A DNA stretch of 64,000 nt from Setoptus koraiensis (Eukaryota > Animalia > Arthropoda), in NCBI GenBank assembly GCA_048013815.1, contig CM106585.1:21142001-21206000 (forward strand), given 5' to 3'. Within the stretch, counting starts at the first letter, position 1; every line of letters starts with the position of its first letter. This document shows, piece by piece, positions 49,570-61,240 of the stretch. Both the position numbers and the translations under genes were made by a program. Under the pieces are notes generated by a model. That model was not told the origin of the DNA and did no database searches. It saw only the letters and a program-made list of their open reading frames with translations.

Positions 49570-50065
49570 GCACCTCACGAGAAACACAAAAATAACTTTG
49601 AGTTGTGTGCTTATCAAATATGATAAACATGAATCGATTTGTTAGCTTGTCAACAAAAGCTCTCAAACAACAGCAAAAATGCCAGCCAGCAAGGTTTTGT
49701 GTGTTTGTTTACAGGAAAATTCTATTGATTGTTTTGAAAGTATAACTTTTTGTTTTCGTTTTTGCCTCCGACATCGTCAGCTATGATTATACTGGCGCTC
49801 TACTTTAATTGACTCTCAACTTCATCGACGCGACTTGAAGTTTTGAGGTCTTTCGATGTAATATTGCCAACATTTATGCCATTTTTGCCATTCATGTTGC
49901 CAACATGCAACACCCTTTCAAACAGCGCAAATGCAATGATTACGTTTGTATATTTCGATGAAAATCATCAACTCCGGTTGATACGCACATTCCGGTGACA
50001 GCTAGTGTGAGTCTGACAGTTCGCCATGTTACCTTGTCAGACACGCATTTCGAATCGCATTTCCA
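49570..50065 (-). pseudogene. Decayed MIF4G relic R6 (DAP5-like)
   Basis: DKVT (50038), STGVDD (49981-49964; cf. NVGVES), VIIAFALFERVL (49943-49908), CWQYYIERPQNF (49872-49837; cf. CLRLAEDAPNF), KVILSKQSIEF (49749-49717; cf. RLLISKLQDEF). Confidence 0.6.
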
Positions 50066-50237
50066 AGTAAGAAGTTTCAAGTCATTCAACGAGAATCATT
50101 GTCCACCGATTTCGCTGGCCCTATCAATATTGTAATATTGAGATCACTGTTTGTTTGTACATTTCTCTCGCTGTTGCCGCCATGCCGTATTTCGAGGATA
50201 ATTAGTCCTGATGATGAGTCGTTGACAATGGTCATTA

Positions 50238-52580
50238 TCAATGGCCATTGAGTTGTGTCACAGGACCATTTATTAATGAGTCGTTGCTAGATGCAACATC
50301 TATGGCGCTGTCCGATTTGTTTACATATGGTGCATTTGTGTCAGTCTCGATGTTATTGTCCGATGCATCCGATTCGCTGCTGATATTCGGTGTAGAAACT
50401 TGATGGTCTGCTGGCTTGATGACTTTTGGATTGTCCGTTTCCTTAGAATTATCATTTTCGGGAGACTTTTTTGTTTTCTTCTTCGTCAAACCGTATGTGG
50501 CCAAGGCTCCCCCAGTTAGTCCGTAAAACAAGAACATGTATCCGTAATTGTTTTTCAGTATTGTCAAAGCTTTCAGTTGCCAAGCCCACCGAGGAGGTAC
50601 TTCAATAGACTGATGATATGAAAATTGAAAACTACATAATTAGGCTTGTGGTTGAAGAGAAAAAATTGGTGAGTGCTTTACAGTTGAACGATGTCCAACG
50701 AAATCTTGTGAGATATTCTAAATATCAAATAATAAAAATTGAGTAATTGATTTTATCAGTGCAGTTAGCATGGAAACAGACCTCGTGTGTCAGAAAAAAG
50801 GGCACATAAGAAGTGTTGCGGATACCTCCCATGTCTCGCATAAATTGTTGCCTTTGCACTTTGACGCTAGCCATTAAACTTAAGTCCGCCTTAGCAACAG
50901 CACCGGATATCTAATAGAGAAAAGAGAAAAATTTCATAAATCAATCACTTATTGTAAAATGACATTTTTTCACTATCTCTTCGCCACTGGAACATTCATA
51001 CAACAGGATACTATACTCACCGGCTCGAGATAGAATGACATTTTGTCCAGTCCGACACTGGTATCGTTCTCATTGAATTCTACGAGTTTTTTCAGTTTGG
51101 GGTCGGCACCCAAAAAATTGGTGCCACTAAGATAAATCGGGGAATTAAATAGACACGGTCCCAATGGCGCTAAGCCATTTAGCCGACAATCAGGCGCTGT
51201 TTTATCCGTGCAATAGCACACATTATCGGGATTTTTCTTTATACCCTCAAACATTTTTCGTGTTAGCTGAAATTCCAGAGTTTCTATTCCGAAGTCCGTT
51301 TTAAATTTTCCTATGGGATCTAAAGTAATTGATCTACACGCTTGCGCGAGAAATATCTTAATTGGTTTATCGGGCGCCAACAACGGTTTATATATCTCTC
51401 CGTTAGTGCCCTCAATTTTGTTGCACTGTTTATTGTTCCAAATATACATTTTATCTTTTCCGCGCCACGTTATGACGTCGCCCATTCTCTCATTACCGTT
51501 TGTGCCAAGGCCAGTGTACATAGTGAACTGATCCGCAGTGACATTTTGAAAAAAGGCCACCCCAAACGTATTTTCTGGCGGACCCTCGGGCACTAAACTT
51601 CCCAAACCGAACCGATTGGCCATCTCTAGTATACTTTCCAATAGTTGAACTTTATAACCATACAATATCTGTCTTGGTGATTTCTTGTGAAACAAGCGTT
51701 CATTGTGCGAATCTAGTATGGCATTCACCGATTGATAGACTACCGGGGTTGCCAATTGCTTGAACGGCAGCTTGTCCATTACTAACTGTTTCACCATGAG
51801 TTGCGTGCTAGGCACGATAGGATTGAGCATATAGAATCGCTCGTCAATATCCAATGTATTATCTGGACTGTAAAAGAACTTTCGAGTTGATATCACAGTC
51901 AGCTTTTCTTCATTTTCGCTGAACATGACCCCCTCTTTATTATTGGCAACTCTAATAACGGAATACACACTACAACTGTTAGTTGAAAGAACTACCAAAG
52001 AAGGAAAGGAAAAAAAAAAGAGAAATCTTTCAACTAAAGAACGGAAGTAGAGCAAACTTACTTGAACTCATAGGGTCCTCTCCTCTTGACACGTATCCTG
52101 TCTCCGCCAAGGGCCTGCCTGGTGAGAGGGTAGTTGATTCGAATCATATGCATTAATGAATCGTTTATGTAACAAACTTTTCGTGTTGATTGGAAACAAA
52201 AATAACAGTTTGCTCCTTACTTGGGATTTTCCACCTCAAACAAAAACATGCTTGAATTTGTCAAAAATGGAGGCCTGGACCTATAGAAAGCGAGAAAGGA
52301 AGCGAAGAACGATCTTGCTGATTTATTCATTCTTATTTGGCACTGTTATTCTAATGATGGCCTGTTCACTGTTTGGTGTCTCTATTTAGCATTGATCTTG
52401 GCTGGGTCTCTGGTCTTTCCGGAGATGGCCTCAAACTTACCATACAGGGAATACCATGCCGTTTTTAGCAAGATTTACCTGACTTTTGACACCTATTTTC
52501 AAAATTTCTGGGAAGCTGAAATATCCAGCTATTCCGATGGAAATGCCAATCAAGCCTGATATTATCCAGAGATTTGGCAT
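50238..52580 (-). CDS. Class B scavenger receptor (CD36/SR-BI/croquemort family), 6 exons
   Basis: Exons 52580-52441, 52280-52221, 52118-52062, 51951-51021, 50910-50782 and 50609-50238, phase-consistent. N-terminal TM (GLIGISIGIAGYF), WSRPP...FEVENP, RRGPYEFK, CNKIEGTNG, CYC...GLAPLGPCLFNSPIYLSGTNFL, and a C-terminal TM. A further 5' exon is possible. Confidence 0.92.
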
Positions 52581-52749
52581 GATTGGATCTTGTTGCTGCA
52601 CGTTTTTATGGTTTGATCTAAATATACAAACGAGCCGAGACTTTCACTTTTATCTAGTTTTTAACTAACACCAAGCACCTTGGCATGCAACCAGTTAAAC
52701 GATATTTCAAAATTCATTTGTGGCGAATGATAATTCGAAACGAGCGTAG

Positions 52750-54260
52750 TATTCACGGTCCACCTATTCACTTCATCTATCTATAAGCTTCTTGCAGTTG
52801 TCTAATATTCAAGGTCGTCTAAAGTTGGTTTTATTTTCCAATATTTCTAGTGCGTGCTATAATGGAATAATATTCACGGACATGTCAGCAGCATTTCACG
52901 GTTAGATCATTTTATTTGGCAAGCAGGTCACTGGCGAAGTTTCTGTATAGTGATCGCACGAAAAAGAAACAACTACTCGAAAGGCGTAAACAACCAGACA
53001 ATCGGAAAAACGTGCCTCAAATAGTCTATTCATTACGATTGTCATGCGATGCGTGCAAGCGAAATTGAAGATTTTAATCGTTAGTTTATTTGCTTTCAAC
53101 TCCACGAAACTATGGCATCTGGAATTATGTTGCACAATTCTTCGAAGAGTGACAAAATTGAGATAACAAATTGGATAAAGGTGCGTGCTCTAATAGCAGG
53201 CCCTCATTTTCACCGATGTTTCTAAGTATTCCGTGTCTGAGATCTTGTAATTTTCAGACAAACTGCACGCACATGTAAATTTGATCATGTTGTTTGCGTT
53301 GAGTTTGGCTTCTTCCGTGGAAATCAAGCTACACAAACATCATGGATTTTCATAGAATTCAATCATGCAAACTCTGATTAAAACGGCAAGCAGGGGATCG
53401 AGCTTCTACTGTTCTGCTATCAACTTGATTATACCTGAATATTTTACTCTTCTTGATCTCGGCTCTCCATGTAACTCACCCCCACGTAACTCCCGTTGTC
53501 CTTGCATCGACAACTTTGCATAGTCTCACGTATAATCCACAAAAATTAGGCTCATCTACGGCTTTGTCCAGCACTTGATCGATCCCCCTATTCATTTGAT
53601 CATTTGTTCCTTAATCAAGCAGCTCAATCTTCTCAATCAATCTGTTGTAGTCCAGCGGGAAGGGGCTCAATTTATTCAAGTGGCCTCCTCAAAATCTTTA
53701 TGAGCTTATCAGTATCGATTTTCGGCCCCTATTTCATTGAGATTCTTTGCCAAGTTGTGCGTCCAAAGATTCTTTAATGTTTCAAGTTTAACTCGCAACG
53801 ACGCAAACTCGCTGCTAGAAGAAAGTAGTTGCAATGATACCTCTAAGTCTATTATTGACTTGCTGACTCAAGCACCTTCGAGCTATATCACGATTGAATC
53901 GATTGCATCCGAAGTTCGTTGAGAAAGGAGACGCGAAGTAATCGGGGTCAAAGCGCTCCCCGGGCCACCCTCCTTGTTTTTTTATGTACCCCTCGGTCAC
54001 CACCTTCGGCCCCTCCTCTTCAGCTGTTCTCGCCACTAGCATTCGCCTCCCGTCAAAAAAAAATCTTGTTACTGTTGTTGTCTTTAATCCTATTGGGTAA
54101 TCTATATGATGAAGATAATCTATGATATATGTGATATATACAAATCCAGTTAGTCACGTGAATCAAGAAATTAAAAAAAAAATGAGTTTTCAACGTCCTA
54201 TACCAGCTCAAAAATCGTTGAAATATACTATCTCTCCAGTTTCGTTGTTACTATCTGAAC
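52750..54260 (-). pseudogene. Decayed eIF4G relic R7, best preserved (degenerate eIF4E-binding motif through MIF4G)
   Basis: IVYFNDF* (Y at 54225), RGIIAT (53844-53827), RVKLETLKNLW (53795-53763; cf. DIKLNKAEKAW), LNKLSP (53679), KAVDEPNFCGLYVRLC (53565-53518), LLAVLIRVCMIEF (53393-53355), FVELKANKLTIKIFNFAC (53108-53055), VREYY...LQEAYR (~52870-52775). Multiple stops and frameshifts. Confidence 0.85.
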
Positions 54261-54438
54261 CTTCAGAGGATTCTTTATTATCGTATTTTCCTATCCTATA
54301 CAAAATTGAAGTTCATAAAAACATTTCAATTGTTTTCTATGATTTTCGCTCTTCGGAAAATCACGCGCGAGCTTCTCATTTCGTTCTTTTTTTTGCTACT
54401 ACTATCTGGACATTGCAATTGTGCACAATTCGTTCAAG

Positions 54439-56078
54439 CTATCGATTCAACGGCACAAACTCTAACGGCATAGAGTCTCTCAGCATATGTACAAAGAAAA
54501 TTGTACCTGTACCCTCCTTCAGTGTTAGACCCTTTGGTGTGTCAGCACAACGTCTGATTGTATAATTTAGCAATAATTGACAAGTGGTCATTTTGAGTTC
54601 CAGCATTGCCAGATGAAAACCGACACAATTTCTCGGGCCCAATCCGAACGCGACATATTGCGCCGGATGTTGCTGTTGCAATTTGTTGTCGTCCACATCA
54701 AAACGTTCCGGCCTGAACACATCAACATCATCGCCCCAAACCCTTTTGTCCCTCATCAGCGAATATGGTGCCATGATGAGGGCCATTCCCTTTTTCATGG
54801 TGTATCCTTTCCAATGAAAATCTTCACCAATTTCGCGAGCAGTTGCTGCAGGCGGATGTAACCTCAGAGATTCCTTGATGACCCATAATAAATAATTGGA
54901 ATCGACTCCATCTTTAACTATTTCGTTGCGCAATTTATCTTGAATATCTGGGTGCATCGCCAATTGCCACATCAAAGCAGTGAGAGAATCACTTGTGGTG
55001 TCCCATCCGGCCAGTAGTAGAAAAAAAACGTTTGAAGTCAGTTCTTCTCTATCGAGCTTCTTCTCTTTATAGAGATCAAGTAAAGAGTGGATCATTTTTC
55101 TTCTATTCTTAGCTACTTCCTTATTATCGGCCATATTATCAAATATTGTGTTTAGCATCTCACATAGAGTGCTGGCAAAGCGGTTTAGTTTGAAAACTGC
55201 GACGATCAACTGAATGATAGGCGTTATTCCCGGTATGAAAAATGACCATGTTACTATGCTGGAGTTTGCCTTCTTCAGGCAATCTTTGGCACTTGCAACA
55301 ATAGTGTTGTCATCTGAATCATAATCAATTTGATTCGGTTGATCAAATGCAACGCTCAAAAATGTATCCATGACAAAGTTCTTGAAAATAATAGAACAAT
55401 CCAAGACAAAAGGAGACGACTTGTTCGAGCCGTTTCGCTTAGATCTCTTCATTAGACTGGCCATTAGTTTGTCGAGACAGTCATCGACATCTCGCTCCAC
55501 ATTTGCTGCGTTTAATTTTGCGGGCCTGTCATTTGAGTTTTAATTGTTATCGGTAGATGGTTATCACCAGATTAGATTGTTGCCAATTGAAAATAATCAA
55601 AGTTTTTTCAGCCTCAACAGGCTTGAATTAGTTGATTATTGTCGGTTACTTACGTCATAGTTGTTGCTATTGCTCTACGCGTTCTTCGCCAGGCATCATC
55701 GCGTGATTGTAGTAACGATACATCGGAATGTTCGTGTGGCGTACTAAGAATCGGTCGATTGATATGCTTGTGACTGTCTTTGACCCAAACTTGATAAAGG
55801 AGATCGAGATCTTTTGTGAAGATGAAAGGCACTGCGCCGGCCATGGCCAACCAAGTGTCGCCCAACAATTGAAAATATGCATCCATCCGGTCAGCAGTAG
55901 AATGCGTAGGTGTGACCATCTTATAGAAACTGCCACTGAAGTAACTATCTACCTCTAAGTATGGCATTCGGCTTTTGCTGATATAATTCCTGGTCATAAA
56001 ATGTCTTCTAATTAAAAAACATAACAAAAATATTGCTGGGCCACTCAATACTATGGCCGTCAGCAAAAGGGGTCCCAT
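54439..56078 (-). CDS. Cytochrome P450, divergent CYP3-clan-like, 2 exons, about 503 aa
   Basis: Exons 56078-55654 and 55525-54439 (phase 2). N-terminal TM anchor, WxxxR (WRRTR), AGWDTT, ESLR, FRPERF, and heme motif AFGLGPRNCVG. Confidence 0.95.
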
Positions 56079-56159
56079 TTTTCTTTGTTACTGGTGACAA
56101 CTTTACTCTCATCGATGCACCAACTTCTCTGGTGGTATCGTGGTGGTTGTTGGCTTGTT

Positions 56160-56620
56160 GGGAATATACTCTCACCTAGAAACGGTATGACTCGTTTGAC
56201 ACACTACTTCAAACTGACAAACTTTTCAGCTCTTGATAGCAGAATAGTTAGACGGCTTAACAGGAAAGAGTTTGATAATAAGAGAGTGCACGTAGAGGAG
56301 AGTTGCTGAATTTCTGATGTACTTTCCAGGCGAATTGCTGATTTTGTAGGTGTGGTGAAAGGTAGAAGAGCGGCTCGAAAACACTTTCCGTGTCACACCC
56401 TTCGAACTCTTTCTTGTGTTTGTTTTTCTGCTCGGAAAACCAGATAAAAGCCTCCCGAATGTTTTGCATATCGCACGTTGTAATTGATCGCATGAGGCAA
56501 GGACAGAAAGACAGACCCTGAGATTACCTAAAATGTCTTTCCGCGATTTCCTTTCAAATATCGAGCACTATGACTATCTCGAAACTGTATCAATCGATCA
56601 GAAAATTGATTTTCGATGTC
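56160..56620 (-). pseudogene. Decayed MIF4G relic R8 (eIF4G1/3-like)
   Basis: IFERK (~56560), FCPCLM (56508-56491; cf. MCRCLM), NIREAF (cf. NFRKLL), KEFEGCDTESVFE (56412-56374; cf. KEFEKDKDDDEVFE), VIPFLGE (56191-56171; cf. NIKFIGE). Confidence 0.65.
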
Positions 56621-56779
56621 TTGAAGAGAAGCCAAAAACAAAAATGAAAAAAAAAATTGAACAAGCGTGCGACCGGAAGTATGAGGTATAGATGATTATT
56701 TCTACCCCTTACCCTCTACCACACCCACAAGATCGAATGAAGTTGAGAGACAGTATTTTATCAGCTCATCCCCCGTAAT

Positions 56780-57420
56780 GTTCTTTGATCTATTAGATTT
56801 CGATCCAAGCGTAATCAGAAAATACAAAACTGAGTGCATTCAATCAAATTCTCTTGCGCAACTATCTGCTGCTAGCATAAACTTCATCCTCGTATATCAT
56901 ACTAAAGACAAATCGAATCACTGCAATCATTCGGAAAGAGAAAGTCATGTGTACGTATGTTTATGTGCGTGCTGATACTTCGACAACAATTAACGCAGAG
57001 TATCCACATATCACCAATTGAGTTGACATTTTGACAAATCTCATGTTCTCTTAGGGTATTTTATTTCATTTCATTGACTGGATAAGATTGAAGTTCCCCG
57101 CTGGAATATCGGGTCGCCAGGTGTATCCCCATAAGTGAATGTCATTCAACAATGTAATACATTTGACCTGATATCTGACGAGTTTATTGTATAGACACAA
57201 TTCCAGTGTAGTGAGTAACAATCTGACTTGTGCTAGCACTGATGAAAAGGATACGAAATGATTGACGGATCAAGATGATCCACATAGCGGACAGTTTGTT
57301 GTATTTTTGTGCTCTAACTATTATGTATCTGTTGTGTAAGTGAATCAGAATTCATTGTCATTGAAGGTGGCAGCGTTAGTGTGTGACGTGCCAATAGTAA
57401 ATTTAATTTTTAACATACTT
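56780..57420 (-). pseudogene. Decayed MIF4G relic R9 (DAP5-like)
   Basis: KYNKLSAMWIIL (57306-57271; cf. KYSSLYAQLCLRL), QSFRILFIS (57264-57238; cf. TTFRRLLIS), SNVLHC, EICQNVNSIG (57042-57013; cf. CLCQIMRTVG), TRMKFML (56893-56873; cf. SRIRFML), GSKS..IDQ (~56800; cf. GPKTIDQ). Confidence 0.7.
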
Positions 57421-59800
57421 TTTGGGCCACAACCAGTGTCGTCATTGCGTGTTATTTTGGGGCTTGTTAACATGGTATCGGGCAAGATTTTGCCCGAATT
57501 AGTTTATTTTCTCGCTGCTGCAAGCAATTAATCAAACTTGGAAATGCTCAAAATGATTCGCCGGTGACAGCTCACTCACAATGACGGATTTTGTTGTGTT
57601 TGGCATGGCACGAGCTGTGTGACCTTTCTATTTTTGGCTGCTCGTCGCAACAGCACTTGCCTGGCTGGTTGTGTCATGCAACAATTTAATTCGCCGACAG
57701 TTTGCACATTGACAGGTTCACCTCTATTTGTTGTGTTGGCTGGTGTGTGTGTGTGTTGAGGCACCCAGAATTTTATTGAGAAAAACATGGGAGAGCGCCA
57801 GAGTTGAGGAAAGGGCATTTGCGACGAGCAGCAACAGGTTGATCGCAGGATATCGCCATGACGTTTGCCAGCCAGCCAGACGGCTGAGTGCATTTGGGCA
57901 GACAATGCCGCAAAATGCTGCATTACGTGTCTGGCCGTCACAATGGCAATTGGCGCATTCTCAGCATGTTGCCGTCATATTGATTGAATAACCATTACGT
58001 AACCATTGAGAGCAACAAACAACATGACTTACAACTGTTGTTTGCGGCGCTGGCACATGACACATTTACACTTATGGCACCGCAACAGGTGGCAAGTTTG
58101 CGAATAGCCGAATTGACAGCTATTACATGGAATCGCGTCCACGTTCGCTCGATCGGTGGATGTCAGACGCTGGCTAGACCCGAGGCTGGAATGTGTGTTC
58201 GCTGCCAGAGAATCTCTGGACAGTTTTCGAGGCTGACGGATCAATCGGTGCGCACTGTCAAGATTGATGGCGCATCGAGGGATGCCAGCATCAATTTTGA
58301 TCAATCGATCAATCAATCAATCGGCGTCTCACAATCAATTAGAGGCGCGTTTATAAGCGATCAACACCGCTCACCGGGCAACTTATCACTCACGCCAATT
58401 GCCACTGGCCATGAGTGCTCCATCTTGTGCGATTCTCATATTCTCATATTCTCATATTTCGACAGCAATCTCTAGTTCGACAGGAGAGATTCTAAGTCCC
58501 GAAGAAGCGGCACGCCAAAACAGATTGTTATCGCCAGAGTGCCGGCTGAACGGGCGCTCGACTCGCAACCGATGGGCGCTATCTCGGTATGCCATCTCCA
58601 GCAACGATCCTCCGTATTTATATGTGTGTATATGTGTGCTGACAAAACAAACCCGGCGCCCGGTATGCAAATGAAACGAATTCTCGGTGGCATCAATTCT
58701 GCCAGGTTTAGATGTGCGATTGCGCGGTGCGGCGGCCCGCGCACCGCGGGCCGGATCGGCAGACCGGATTGGCCGGGTTCGAGTGCTTTCAATGGGCGCA
58801 ATCAGCCGTCGACGGACCGAGAATATTTCCAGAAAACTTTCCATTGGAATGCACCTGTGCTGTGGTCAGCATAACAACCTGGCGGCCGCAATCGCAGTCA
58901 CAATGCACCAGACATTGTGTGCCAACAACAAACAAAATTGGCCGATTGTTGTTGGCCGCTTGAGCGATTGGTCACTGCTGTCCGGCGGCTCGTCGCTGTC
59001 CGGCGGCTGGCGGCGGCTGGCCGCCGCTGGCCGCTGTTGGCCGTGACCGACGGCACCAACAATGGAGGCAACAGGTAGCCGCCGAATACGGATGTTGCGC
59101 TCTTTTCGGCGGGCCGCCGCCGCTGTCGAGCACAATTGACATCTGCCACACATAATGCCAATTGTGTGTAATCTAATACAATTGGTATTATGTGTGGCGA
59201 AAATAATGCCAGCGGGCCGGCTTTGCAGTGTCGCGGGACGCACCGGTCGAGCGCGCCAACAACCGTGCGCCAAAACGAGAAATGATAGGTTAGATCGCAT
59301 TATTAGGTTAACAGGTACACCGTTCGATAACAAGCAACGCCGGGCACAGTTGTCAAAGGAAATCAGCGTTTTGTGGTCCATCGAGGCGCCTGCATCTGGC
59401 TTGCGCAACGGCACATTACCTGGCGAACGCATCCTCTGTCCGATGTCGAACATGCTCCGACATTCGAAGCGCGACGCCGAGCCGAGCCGCGCCGCGCCGA
59501 GCGTCACGACCGATGAGGCGCCACTGGCGGCCGGCAGACAAAATTGAATTAGCTACTGTTGTTGTCGCTGTTGCTCGCCACCGGTCGGCGGTGCGCCAAC
59601 AACCGAGCCAACAACCACAGCAACCACAGCAACGGCAACAACCACAGCAACGACAACAACGACGGCAACGACAACGCCAACAAGTTGTTGGCAACAACGC
59701 CGATCGGCGGCCGAACGATACAATGGCAGCGGCAACTACAATCGAGCGTCAGGCGACCGTGTGATCGACTCCGCGCTGCGACGGGTCTCGCCCCGACGCT

Positions 59801-59845
59801 GCCGTCCCGTGTTCGGCCGTCCCGTGTTCGGCCGTCCCGTGTTCA
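59801..59845. repeat. 15-mer GCCGTCCCGTGTTCG x3
   Basis: Read directly from the sequence. Confidence 0.9.
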
Positions 59846-60993
59846 GCCGCGCTGCTGACCGGCAGCAAAGCGGCAGCAGGAGCACCGATTTCAATCACAG
59901 CTCGCGATACTGTGCCTGGCCAAACAATAATGAGCGAAACAATGAGCGCTAATTATTATCCTGATTGGCACGCCACGAAGCTGCCACGAGAGGCCGCAGC
60001 CTGCGCTTTGTTTTCTTGTGCCACCTGACGCATTCGCTGGCGCATCGTCGAATGCGTCAGGTGAGCCCACAATGAGCTCATGATGCGCCACATTCGTTGG
60101 TTGGTGTCGGATTCTCGCTCGATTCTTGCTCGATTCTCGCTGGATTCTGGCTCGATTCTGGCCGCCTGTGGCCGCTGCACGCAGCAACTGCTCGGCTTCG
60201 CAACAAATTCTCTTAATGGATATTGTACGGGCATATATCATTAAGGAACAATGGCCTGAGTGTGCTCTTGTTTGGGCCACTCATCGGCGCTGGCCGCACT
60301 CGTCGGTTTCAGTGCACTTGCGAGAGCGCTCGTCTATCACTGATTGTCTGATAGACTATCAGACAATGGCCCGATCGATGAAAGTGGCCCTCACTAATTT
60401 ATTCTTTTCTTTCGCTCGTCCTGTTGGTGCCAGTTCAATGTCAGTGGCGGCATCGGCCAGCAGCTACTTGCATCACTCACCGGCAGCGAGTCACTGGTGC
60501 CCGATGCACGGTAGCGCATCCGCTTGCTGCTCATAATTCCACTTTTTGTTGCTGGCAAAATTCGAGCCGGGCCAGGCCAACGCCGAGCAGCGAGATATGA
60601 ATGGCCAATGAATGATTGCACAACAACAGCAACAACAACAACAACGACAGCAGCAACAGCATCATTAGTTTTGATCGTGAGAAAGTGGCGCTCTCGTCGT
60701 TATTAGATAAGCAATAATGAAATTAATAATAGTAAAAAAAACAAACAATAAACAACAAATTGATCAATGCCACTGTTCGCGTTGCTGCTTGCGCCGTCTC
60801 GCGACGGCTCGTTCACGGCTCAGGTTACTCACGTTATCAGTTGCAGTTGATCGCATCTCAGGCCTCGCCGAGACTGACCTCTGGTTGTGGGTGCACCCAC
60901 AACGAGAGCACAATGCAGCCGCAACAGCAACTTCATTGTTTCTTCTACTGCGACCTCACAGCGATTCCGCCAACAAAACAGCTCACCACTGGT

Positions 60994-61240
60994 CAGCTGG
61001 CCAATCAGCTGACCAGTTGAGCTGACCAAAGCAACACCATCCAGGGACCACACAATCAGTCAGCTGGCACTTATGAGTCATAAGTTATGACTGCTTATTG
61101 TATTGATACTGCATGTGTAATTACTGCATGCACTTACTGAATGCATAATTACTGCTTCACTTATGTAACTGCCACTTGTGCAATGTTGCAACATGCAACC
61201 GAATGCGCGTTCTTGCACGCGCTACTCACCTGTGCAAATG
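60994..61240. promoter_or_regulatory. E-box cluster with an AP-1-like site upstream of the Notch-ligand-like gene
   Basis: CAGCTG at 60994, 61006 and 61061; CAGTTG 61014; CATGTG 61112; CACTTG 61173; CACCTG 61227; CAAATG 61235; TGAGTCA 61074. Function is inferred only. Confidence 0.35.

Noticed and set aside
53815-54042. P450 PERF-like motif WPGERFDPDYF
   Set aside because: No other P450 motif is nearby. The ORF sits collinearly inside eIF4G relic R7, where a PDF(T)PSF-like segment is expected.
56085-56309. Plus-strand ORF resembling an RRM (LVGNILSPR...IVRRLNRKEFDNKRVHVEES)
   Set aside because: The C-terminal match is tempting, but the domain is about 15 aa short, has no RNP1, and overlaps the minus-strand MIF4G reading (R8). 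Unresolved; needs PF00076 versus PF02854 scoring.
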